Below, one piece after another: positions 52,829-64,000 of a DNA stretch of 64,000 nt (position 1 is its first letter; each line of letters opens with the position of its first letter). Source of the stretch: Octopus vulgaris (Eukaryota). The notes under the pieces were generated by a model. That model saw only the letters and a list, made by a program, of their open reading frames with translations. It was not told the DNA's origin and ran no database searches. The stretch spans positions 21,638,001 through 21,702,000 of the forward strand of contig OX597834.1 in the NCBI GenBank assembly GCA_951406725.2. Direction: 5' to 3'. The position numbers and the translations under genes are program-made.

Positions 52829-53501
52829 TATTTTAAGTTCCAAAATCCGGATTTTGTTAACCAGGTTGTACATTTGACCTCTGACATCATGCCATTCTTC
52901 GCATAATCTCTTAACTTTCACATTCTTCCAACCTCAAAGTAGAGTAAAACTAAGTCTGTCATCCATTTTATTCTGGTTTTTTTTTTGGTTTTTTTTTTAT
53001 TATATATTTTTGAAATGTTCACAATCGGAAAATAGCCTGAAGCTTTTCACAGTTTTCCTTTTTATTTTATTCCAGCGTTATGTAATATATGAAACAGCAG
53101 CATCAATGAAAATAGAATCTATAAGAAATTTTTTCTTTTTTTAATCAATAATAGCTTTATGTAACATTCTCAATTCCATCATAGAAGTTTGAGGCCGAAG
53201 TTTAGAGGTTTTTACGACAATTTTTTATGACTCCCAATATCATCAATTCTGAGTTTTTAATAAGTTTTGATTGATAAATTTTCGTTTTCGTTTTGTTTTT
53301 TGTTTTTTTTTGGTTTTTGCTTTATAATAGATTTTGTTGTTGTTATTGTTGTTGCTGTTGTTATAGTTGTTGTCCTGGGAAATGAAAGAGAAAAATTAAA
53401 ACAAAAAAATATAATAATAATAATAATAATAAGTCTGTTTCAACAAACCACTTTGTATGTGTTTGCACAGAATTGTAATGATGCTGATGATGATAATAAT
53501 G

Positions 53502-53538
<37 letters not shown>

Positions 53539-53611
53539 TAATAATAATCATATCATGGTTCCTTTTTTACATATATGCACACAGACACACACACACACAT
53601 ACACACACATA

Positions 53612-53659
<48 letters not shown>

Positions 53660-54771
53660 CATATACATACATATGCATATTTATTCTCCTTCATGTGGTG
53701 TGTATCTGAGGTGCATCTCGTAATGCTGCAACAGGAGTCTCTGTCCATCTCCATTAGCTCTAGAAGAAAAAAATTGATAACAACAACAACAATAATAATA
53801 ATAATAATAATAATAATGATGTCAGAGTCTGTCCTACTTTCTGTGTGTCCCTATGGGGGCGTATGCGTATGTACGTTTCATCGACCATTGCAAGAGCTTT
53901 TTCGCGACTCTTCCTCCATCATTTATTTATTCATTTGCGTAACAAAGTGACGTAAATATATTCCTTGGGTAGAATATATATTGACAAAAAGCCATTGCTT
54001 TTTGACTGGTTTATTTTTGTGTTTTTTTTTTGTCTTTTGTTGTTACTGTTCTGATTTTAGCCCATGGTCAACCATTGGAGCAAACCTCTAACGAAAGCCA
54101 TTCCATCTCTGACCATCACCCCATTATTTGAGACGCATCCAAGACTTATACATTGTCTAGTATGTCTTTTATCATTTAAGAAGATAGTGTGTGATTTGAG
54201 GTAGATTTGGCTGCCATTTCTAGCAGACTGGATGACTACAAACAATTCTCTGCTTATCCCATTTACTGATTTTTATATTTTATCTTTTACTTGTTTCAGT
54301 CATTAGACTTTGGCCATGCTGGGGCACTGCCTTGAAGAATTCCAGTTGAACGAAATAACCCCAGTACTTTCATTTTAGTTTGATTTCGTTAATGTTCCTG
54401 TAGAGGTCCATTTTATGTTTCTGATTCCTTTAGGGAGGTAGTTCAACAACTAAGGGCCACTAAGAATCAGACCAGTACAATAGAGTGTTTTTGCTCGTGA
54501 TTTCATAGATGGAAGCCAACAGTGTCCACCCCCTTGTGCATTAAAATGCCAAAGTTTATAACATGACCCGCCAAGATTTTCCATATGTGTATGACAGTAT
54601 ATCTCTCTATAAGGCATTCAAGAGAGTAGAGATGCAGAACTTTCAGATGTTCCTAGTAAAGGCTTTTAACTGATATTATTTTACTGAGGAATGTACTTTG
54701 TAACCCTTTAAGTTCTTCTATGAGACCAAATGATTTTGGAGACCAAAGCTGTGGGCAGTAAATCTAATTTG

Positions 54772-54845
54772 GCATATGATGTAGTGGTTAAGAGCACAGG
54801 CTACTAACCCCAAGATTCCAAATTTGATTCCAGGCAGTGACCTGC

Positions 54846-54846
<1 letters not shown>
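54772..54846 (+). mobile_element. tRNA-like head of a putative hammerhead-bearing SINE (continues at 55446-55608)
   Basis: A-box-like tgatgtagtggttaagagc, B-box-like atttgattcc; followed by (TAA)n. Confidence 0.55.
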
Positions 54847-54880
<34 letters not shown>

Positions 54881-54884
<4 letters not shown>

Positions 54885-55424
54885 GCCCTGATTCAGTACA
54901 AGGCAGTGGCTCTCATAGCTTCTGATCTTAACTGATTGGAAGTGTTATCATGTACGTTGTTTTGTCTTGGTTTAAAAGATGGACTACAGCAAATATTCTG
55001 CTCAATACCACAGACTTGCTTGTCAGTTGTTTGACCATAACCAGTTGACCATGTCCCTTAGTGGCTGACGATATGTGCATCATGAGCAGAAGTAGTGGGG
55101 GAGCATCATAGCTATGTGTTGAGAAGAATTCTTTGGATAATTCACCCTTGGAAACGTGGGTGTTTCGTTCATCATCCTTAAACAAACCTTATTCAGGGAC
55201 CTTTTGAGTGGGATGGTCTACTTGACCTGAAGAAAATTCTAACTGGGCCCCACCTGCAAGGTCATGCACTGTTTATCTTGATATGAGATCACCATGTCGG
55301 GCACATATGGTTGTGATGCATGTGCTTAGTGTACCCTTATCAGACGGGTAGTCATGATGGGTATACTGGACTTCGTATATTTTACCCCAGTGTCATTTTG
55401 ATGGCATGCACTGCTCTCTCACTC
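54881..55424. mobile_element. ~545-bp interspersed element inserted in (TAA)n
   Basis: Higher-GC non-coding block bounded on both sides by (AAT)n; family not determinable from this window. Confidence 0.5.
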
Positions 55425-55512
55425 AATAATAATAATAATAATGATAACAAGAACAAAAACAACATCAAAAAATACCTTAGGAATGAGAACTCAGGTTCGA
55501 AATTTCCCCAAG

Positions 55513-55556
55513 GCACCTGATAAAGGCTGGAGGGTATATCAGCCGAAATGTTGTGT
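55513..55556 (+). ncRNA. Degenerate type I hammerhead motif
   Basis: gcac CTGATAA a ggctg gagggtatat cagcc GAAA tg TT gtgt. Helices I and II pair; G8A in the core. Confidence 0.55.
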
Positions 55557-56349
55557 TAACAACAAACAAGATGAGGACAAATATCTGTCAAATGTAAATA
55601 ATGTAAATCTAATTTGTTCAGAAATAAGGTTTTGTATAGAGGCAGCATAACTATTGGTTCTATTGTCACAAAGGTTCACAGGAGCCATCCTGTATGATGT
55701 CTGCATTTAGAGGTCAGTTTAGTGATGTGGCTGATGAAAGATGCACCATTTAACACGACTGTTCCTAAGTACCGTAAGTCATTAGCGCTCTGAATCATTG
55801 TGTTCTTCTTATGTCAGATAATGGGATTCGTGTGTATGATTATATGGATGTATAGAGATGGCAGGCTTTTTTCTACCCCATGGTCTTTCACAGTCAGCAG
55901 CTACTAAAATGCCACATTAAAAGTATACCATAGCTGCAGTAAAAGGTACATGCCCAAGCTACAGCACAGCATGTTGAAACCCAGAGCATGTGTACAGAGC
56001 AAACAATTTAACCACACAACCAACCACACAGACATCTTTTTATGATGCTGTTTCTGTGTTTGATCAATTTTTGTTCAGTTTCGTTACTATTGTTATCAAA
56101 ACACAGCATAAAAGTTGAGAATATCTCAAAGTTGACCAAGTTTTGTTGCGAAATATTTTATCTCTAAGACTTTCAAAGAAAACTTTGTTTTTTTTTATTA
56201 TTTTTTTTTTGCTTTTTCTTTCTACTCTCTCCATTTTTTTTTATTTTTTCTTATCTTTACTATTTTTTTTTCTCATATATGTGTATATCTTTTACAAACA
56301 TTACATTACAAGAAAAGACTGTGATTGATGGATATAAAAAAATGAATAT

Positions 56350-56410
<61 letters not shown>

Positions 56411-56438
56411 CATTACACATTCGTAAATACAGAGAATG

Positions 56439-56477
<39 letters not shown>

Positions 56478-56784
56478 ATATATGCATTAATGTATATGTA
56501 AGTGTATATATATATATATAAGTGTATATAAATATGTGTATGTATGTATACATATATATATACACACACACACACACACACGTGCACTTACATATATAAT
56601 GATATTATGTATGTTGAAAATATTGCTTAGGCATGTAAGCATGGAGGTTTTTCGGGGTTTCTTTTTTTTTTTCTTTATTTCTTTACTATTTTTTTACTAT
56701 TTTTGCTGATCTTCTTTATAAATATGTTTGTACAAAAAAGTACTTTTTTTTCTTTTTTGCTGAATGAAAGCACAACGCTAATGC

Positions 56785-56831
<47 letters not shown>

Positions 56832-57166
56832 GTAATAATAATAATAATAATAATAATAGTAATAATAATAATAATGACAATTATAATAGTGATAATAACT
56901 ACAAATGTTTGCAATAATAACAATAGAAATAATAATAATAACAACAACAGCAACAAATAAATAAATGATGGTTAGAATGAAAGCTAAAGAAAATACCCTC
57001 ATCTATTTAGTTTCTTTCAAGTGTGAAAAAATAATTAAATTTTGAAGGTAACCATTAAAAGAGAGAAATCTTTGTGGACAACATATTTCTTTGAAGAGGA
57101 ATCTAAAATACATTGCTAGTTTAATATAGACACACACATATATATATATATATAAAAGGGAATTTT

Positions 57167-57203
<37 letters not shown>

Positions 57204-57205
<2 letters not shown>

Positions 57206-57420
57206 GGAGGTGCAATAGCCCAGTGGTTAGGGCAGCAGACTCATGGTTGTAGGATTGCAGTTTCAATTCCCAACCGGGCGTTGTGAGTGTTTATTGAGCG
57301 AAAACACCTAAAGCTCTGGCAGGGGGTGGTGGCGATCCCTGCTGTACTCTTTAGCCACAACTTTCTCTCACTCTTTCTTCTGTTGGCCGGCTCACTTAGC
57401 CAGCGGGGTGGCATCATTTG
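57204..57420 (+). mobile_element. SINE family C
   Basis: Colinear with 4551-4780. Confidence 0.85.
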
Positions 57421-58234
57421 TTTATTTTGATTAATATTTAGCAGAAGCAAGTAAATGACTCAAAAGTGAAGATTTCCATGCATCAGCATATACCAAGCCA
57501 GAGACAGATTCAACGAGTTGTGAATTTATACACACAACTGATAATAGTATTTCCCTGGATAGTTCTGGAACAAATTATAAAGACAATTGCAGTGTCATGT
57601 GGATATTCATATTCTTCAAAAGCACACATGTAGCACAAGCATACATACATGGCATCAATACACACACACACACACATTTATCTCATCTCACAACCCTACA
57701 CTTTCTTTGCTCGTTAGCCGATCCTTTTACAGTGTGTAGCTCCATATATTTTGCTTGTTTGTCATCCCTTTGCTTCATGGTCTTACTCATGTTACTCAGG
57801 TGATCTTTATCTATCAGCCAGTCGAGTCATCTGGCATTATATTCTTTCTCTTGAGAAGTCCTAATTGTTACTCCTTACCTGTATTTACCTGACGAAAATT
57901 TCTTTCTTTTTTCTTTTGCATAATGTAACACTTCTGTTCGTCAATAAAAAACACGTCTGTAACACCTGTGGTGAAACACAATTTATCTGGTATTATGTAT
58001 GTATCTATGTATGTATGTATGTGTGTGTGTGTGTGTGTATGTGTGTGTATGTATGTATGTATAGAAATGTTATTATTTCTAAATCTCACAAAGAGAGATA
58101 TCCAGTAACAGTTCTTTAAAGTAAAGGCTATTTGACAACATAATGTGGCTGTCCTGGATGGGACGAATGTTACTGTTGTTTAACCCCAGAAAACGTCATT
58201 TCCAGCTGGCTATATGACACAATATCTATGTCCT

Positions 58235-58265
<31 letters not shown>

Positions 58266-58362
58266 GTTCAGCTAAATTTAGATTCAGATGAATATGGTAC
58301 TTAAGTTAAAGGCACCAGAATTTTGTATGGTATTATCCATATAAATCAAATGGGATGATTAC

Positions 58363-58494
58363 AATCAAAATAAGCAACAAGGATATCCAAGGTAGAGTAG
58401 TACAATTGTTTCATGCTACTTCATTTAATAAAATGAAGTTGCATGAAACAATTGTACTACTCTACCTTGGATATCCTTGTTGCTTATTTTGATT
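58363..58494. repeat. Foldback with 64-bp arms, 4-bp spacer and 1 mismatch (Penelope-like terminus)
   Basis: 58363-58426 against 58431-58494. Arms contain GAAAC aatt GTA; the left arm extends as single copy to (TA)n at ~58262. Confidence 0.9.
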
Positions 58495-59263
58495 ATATAT
58501 TTATATATATATATATATATATATTGTAGACCCACTCACAAAGGTCAACCTGGTGCTTCAGTAGAAGCCACTTGACCATAGTGCCGCACAAATGATGTAT
58601 GCATTTACACTGTTTCCAGAAGATCTTTGCACTCCTTGCTATACTGACGCATAAATATGAGCTCCTCATTGTCAAGTGTACAGAAATCCCTCAACAGGCA
58701 TGAACAACAGTGTTGCCCCTGTTTTCAGATAACAAAGACGAAATGGTACATCCCCATGATACCTATTTTCACTGCTTGGCATAATTAAGTAATTGAGTGT
58801 AAACAAACAACAACAACAAAGGCAACAACTGATGCAAGGTGAGAACTATTAATGGGGTATACAAACTGTTTGTATGCATTAGAGTAGCATGACGACCCCC
58901 ACTTAGCTCGGGTGGCTTGCTGTGATGTTTAGAAAATTGCTTTCAAGATGGAAGAAGAATAATTAGTTTTATACATATTTCATTTTAACGAAGAAAGTAA
59001 GAGGAACAATGGCGAAGAATAACAAAGTGATTAACAACAACAATTACGACAACAACAACAACAACAAATATGGTTGGATATATATGTGACTAATTATGAA
59101 GGTGATGTTGTAATCAATTTCCTGGTTGAAGGTGTGTAAATTAATGAAACATGAAGGCTTCTGCTCGTTAATAATTAATTAAAAGGGTGTGCCAGAAATG
59201 GAAAACAATAAATCTATTTCTGCCAAAGTTGAAATACATTTCAAATATTTTTCTGAAAAACAA

Positions 59264-59325
<62 letters not shown>

Positions 59326-59918
59326 TGATGATGATGATGATTTATATCTGTGAAGAAATAATAATTTGGTCTTAGCTTAATTAAGACTTTGGCTTAATTA
59401 AGTTTTTAAGTTAGACTTTGGCTGATATAAAACTAGAAATTTTTATTGTTGAGTAGCAAGTATATGTTGCAGTACTTGTGGTTATTGTTGTTGTTGTGGT
59501 AGTGGTGTTAGCGGCGACGGTAGTGATGGTGCTTCTGGTACTGGTGATGGTGGTGGTGGTGGTTGTCAGGGTCATTGTATTTGTTGTGAAGGTGGTGGTT
59601 TGTGTTGTGGTTGTACTTGTTGTAGTAGAGGTGGCAGTGATGGCAGTAGCAGTAGTGGTGGTGGTAGCAGTGGCATCGGTTATGTTCATAGTTTTGCTGT
59701 TGCTGTTGTGGTTAATATTGCTTAGTCCCATGTTCACCCTCGTAATACAGATCTATGATCAAAGTCATTCCAGCTATGACCATTCCATCAATTTCTTATC
59801 TGCCACAAAGAGTCTCAGAATGTCACGTACTTCGAGGGAGATGTGGTTGTTATTTCTACTAGATTGAGTTACCAGACAGAGGTTTCCCTTGTGTGCTCAA
59901 CCTATATTCGCCATACAT

Positions 59919-60125
59919 TCTTTTACTTGTTTCAGTCATTTGACTGTGGCCATGCTGGAACACTGCCTTTAGTCAAGCAAATCAACCCCAAGACTTATTT
60001 TTTGTAAGCTTTCCATCTACCAAATCCATTCTCAAAGCTTTGGTTGGCCCAAGGCTATAGTAGAAGACACTTGGCCAAGGTGCCACACGGTGAGACTGAA
60101 CTCAGAACCATGTGGTTGATAAGCA
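59919..60125 (-). mobile_element. SINE family A with internal deletion
   Basis: Tail segment joined directly to the ttccatctaccaaatcca segment. Confidence 0.8.
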
Positions 60126-60418
60126 GTCTGCTTTCTCTCTCTTCTGATGCTCTTTCTTCTCTTTCCTCTCTCCTCCCCTTCTCTCTCTCTCGCGCTCTCT
60201 CTCCCAGATACACACACACACAACCAAGACGCCATTATTTCTCTTACCATCTCTCGCCTCACCCTAATATTTGCCTGTACTCTTCCAGGTGACCTATTCA
60301 AACCCCTATCAATGTTTTAATTGGCCAGCATCGTAATCATTATAGATTTTAAAAGTTTTGCCAAAATAATAACAATAATTATAATAATAACAATAACAAT
60401 AATTATAATAATAATAAC

Positions 60419-60451
<33 letters not shown>

Positions 60452-61459
60452 CATTATTATTATTGTTATTGTTATTATTATTATTATTATTGTTATTGTT
60501 ATTATTATTATTATTGTTATTATTATTTATTTTTTATTTTATTATTATTATTATTATTTTTATTTTTATTTTTATTATTATTATTAGTGTTATTATTATT
60601 TATAATCATTATTATTGTTATTTTGCTGTTGTTATTACAATCATTATTATTTCTTTGTGTATTCCCCTGCCAATCATTTGCTTTGCTTTCTAGAGTCCTT
60701 ATGTATTTTTTTTTTTGTTTTTTGTGTTTTTGTTTTGTATTCAAATAAGTTACTAAATTTTTTTTTCTCCTTTGATCTCTTCCAGGTGGAAAACATTAAT
60801 ACATGTTTAACATTTCTCGCTAACTTGGGAGTATGTGTTGAGGGACTCAGTGCAAAAGGTTGGTTAATATTAACCCTATTTTCTTTCTGTTATATTATTA
60901 TGTTATGTTCTTTTAACCATTATTTACTCGATATCTGTATGGGTCCCCAAAGAAACAAACAAAATTTTTGATAATAACAATAATAGATATTTTGCAACAA
61001 GCTCATTAAAATCTGCGAGTGTAACATAATTTACATGTAAGTGCCTTATCTTAGTCTCTCTGGCTCCATGGCTTCAAAATAAGGCCTTGCCCCATGTGGT
61101 ATAACTTTAGTTTTTGTGAAATGAAATAGAGGGAGATATACCTTTTTTTTTTTAAAAAAAAATAGAGCACCAATTTATCACAGGAAATGTCCTCTGAAAG
61201 ATGAGATGGTATTAAGAAAAGAAACCAAAAAAAAGTTCAACATTGTTACCATCTCATTATTTATTATTTTTTTTTTAAAACTTCAAATAAGCTACTAATA
61301 TGGTGTTTATGTAACTGTAGTGCATAGCTCTAGTTGTGTGAAGTTAAATAGAGGAAGGTGAATCTTTCAATAGTACAACAGCTTATTGAAGGAAACTTCT
61401 GAAAGATTTAAATATTTGTTGTGCAAGATTTTTTATGTGAAGTCGTGTGTTGAAACAGA

Positions 61460-61745
61460 TATTGTTGTATTTAGGAATGGTCATAATAATAATAATAATA
61501 ATGATAATAATGGTCATTTTGCCAGTTTAGCCAATAAAATAAAATAAGGAGAGACACAAATAAGTAAGAAGAAAACAAAGGACCACTGATGCGGTCACAG
61601 GAGTGTGACGAAAGAACTCTGGCTGAAATAAGATTAAGATTAATGTAAAAAATAAATAACACTGAAGCAAAGTAACACCAAATATATAGTGCGTGTGTTT
61701 TTATTGGCTAAACTGGCAATATGACCATTCCTAAATACAACAATC
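61460..61745. repeat. Inverted repeat pair flanking a hammerhead-bearing spacer
   Basis: attgttgtatttaggaatggtcat..ttgccagtttagccaataaa (61461-61538) against tttattggctaaactggcaatatgaccattcctaaatacaacaat (61700-61744). Confidence 0.8.
61583..61622 (+). ncRNA. Type I hammerhead-like motif
   Basis: cca CTGATGC g gtcaca ggag tgtgac GAAA g aa c TC tgg. 6-bp helix II; A9C variant plus one extra base. Confidence 0.55.
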
Positions 61746-62323
61746 TTCTGAAAGATATATCTTTTAAACCAATGTTGGTCTGTTTACAGGGAAATAAACA
61801 AACCAACACCTGTTGTCAAGCAGTAGTGAAAGAGAAAGATGCACACACACACATACACCTTTCATCCTTTGGCGTCGGTGTAATCGACTTACACCCACCT
61901 CATGTGAAATTGTTGGTTTTGTGCCAAAATTTGAAGCCAGTATTTTTGTCATCCTCAAAGTTAGTCTCCAAAATGGTTTTATGTCACCAAGAGGCATAGC
62001 TTTAGATTTTTGTGAAATTAAACAGAAAAAAACAAACCTTTTTTCTAAATTGAACAGCAGTTTATCACAGGAAACTTTTCCCAAACGATTTGATGGTGTT
62101 AAAAAAAAAAAATGCCAATACCATTTTAGCATTTCATAATAAGCAGCTAGATTGGTATTTATGTCACTATGGAGCATAGCTTTAGTTGTAAAGTTAAACA
62201 GAGAAAGATAGATTTTTCTCGAAATAAAGCAATAGTTTATCATAAAAAACTTCTCCAAAAAGATATGATGGTGTTAAGGAAATAAAAAAAACCATCAATA
62301 TCTTCTTAATATTTCTTGTCACT

Positions 62324-62553
62324 TTAACCCTTTCATTGCCTTATTTATTTTGAGATGCTCCCTGTTTCTTTCAATTAATTTTAAATATAACAAAAAATTT
62401 AGAGAAATAACTTAGTTATCATTAAGCTAGTGTTAGGAACATAAATTGTGACTAAGGTTTGGTGGAAGATTTTAATTCAAAACTTATGAAAATAAGACAT
62501 TTGTATCAAAGAGCCAGATGCGGTTTCTGCTGGGTTGGTATCAAAAGGGGTAA
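62324..62553. mobile_element. piggyBac-like MITE
   Basis: ttaacccttt...aaaggggtaa termini. Confidence 0.6.
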
Positions 62554-63119
62554 AGTGGTAAGCTGGCAGAATCATTAGCATGCTGAACGAAATGCTGAGC
62601 AGCATTTCAGCTGGCTTTATGTTCCAAGTTCAAATTCTGATGAGGTTAACCTTGCTTTCCATTGTTACAGGGTCCAGGAAAGAAGTACTGGATGAGCAAT
62701 AAAGGGTCGATGCAATTGGCTTACCCCACTCCCCCAAACACGCCAGCCCTGTGCCAAAATTTGAAACCAATATTTCTTGTTAACTTCATAATAAACCATA
62801 ACACTAATTCTTTATGGAAACCTCTTCCTTCGCTGTGTTTGAACAACCAGCTCCAACAAGTTGGGTTGATTCACAGTTCAATAGACTTCCACACCTCTTG
62901 ACCCTCCTACTTGATGCAATTGTGCTCTTCGTTCTTTCCATTGCTGAATACAAAACATGGCTTGTGAGACCTCCATTTGCAGGATATTCCTGAATCACCA
63001 TCTCACTTCCTTTCATTCTGTTGATTTTTTTCCTCTTACAAGGTAGTCGTCCCTTTTTCTTCCCTTCTCCTTTTGTCCCTCTTTTATATACATTCATACA
63101 AACAATTGTATACACGACC

Positions 63120-63296
63120 GTGTGTGTACCGTTGGCGATTTTTTTCCTCTTCTCTGGATCTTTCCTTCTCCTATGTTTCCTACGAAGAGCTCCACTCGAA
63201 ACGTTAAACCCTCCTTCTTTCCTTCTTTTCTGAGCGTCCAATAATACTATATTTGTTCCACGTCCTCATGTTGTGCTTATATGTTTGGATTAACTA

Positions 63297-63300
<4 letters not shown>
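63120..63300 (+). mobile_element. Penelope-like terminal repeat (second copy; hammerhead remnant 63175-63209)
   Basis: Near-identical to 38225-38425; core mutated to cctacga; ends in (TA)n. Confidence 0.65.
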
Positions 63301-63369
<69 letters not shown>

Positions 63370-63837
63370 CCATACAAACAATTTGATGCATACCCACATA
63401 TACACACACACACACAACATACACACATGTACATAATATTGGTTGGCCATTCACTCTCCTGAGTTCTTCTGCCCTTTGTCAGATTTTGTTTTTTTTTATC
63501 CCAAAGGGCTTCCTGCAATCACCCTTCAGGGCAATAACAAAACCTGTTTGCTTGGTAAGGTTGCCAGCTTAGTCAACAATAACCCAACCGTGTAACAGGT
63601 TGTATTGGTTTCACATGTTACCAGCAGCACCCAAGAGCAACCTGACCGGGGATTACATCACCATGGCACGTAGTAGTTGTTTCTCTCCCATGAAATTAAA
63701 CAGAAAGGGACAAACCCTTCTCAAAATAGAACAAGAATTTATTACAGGAATTTTTCCCAAAACAGATATTCACAAAAGAAAAGAACGAACCTCTTTGTTA
63801 ACCTGAGTGTAAGCATTGATATTTTTCACTTGTAATA

Positions 63838-64000
63838 GGCGTTGGAGTGGCTGTGTGGTAAGTAGCTTGCTTACGAACCACATGCTTCCGGGTTCAGTCC
63901 CACTGCATGGTACCTTGGGCAGTTGTCTTCTACAATAACCTCGGGCCAACCAAAGCCTTGTGAGTGGATTTGGTAGGCAGAAACTGAAAGAAGCCCATCG
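63838..64000 (+). mobile_element. SINE family A, runs off the window end
   Basis: ggagtggctgtgtggtaagtagcttgc head. Confidence 0.9.

Noticed and set aside
59411-59867. Poly-Val transmembrane or poly-Thr ORFs
   Set aside because: Degenerate (GTN)n trinucleotide repeat, open on both strands.

Overview
AT-rich eukaryotic DNA with no complete protein-coding gene that I can recognise. It is dominated by (TA)n/(CA)n/(TAA)n/(CAT)n microsatellites and dozens of copies of several tRNA-derived SINE families. The overall make-up looks like an Octopus (coleoid cephalopod) intronic or intergenic region; this is inferred from repeat content, not from a search. Nearly all ORFs in the track are microsatellite or SINE artefacts. 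Real protein-like fragments are 3' ends of LINEs: an R4/Dong-type endonuclease tail in (TAA)n, two CR1-type tails and an RTE-type tail with two C2H2 fingers. There is also an apparently end-to-end non-autonomous Helitron and several MITEs. The most striking signal is about ten minimal type I hammerhead-ribozyme-like motifs from several unrelated short repeat families, mostly next to (TA)n and often inside long foldbacks (one perfect 126-bp palindrome), as expected of Penelope-like element termini. One motif follows a tRNA-like head, suggesting a hammerhead-bearing SINE. A few minus-strand exon-like islands hint at a long-intron host transcript but are weakly supported. Repeat boundaries are approximate unless stated otherwise.
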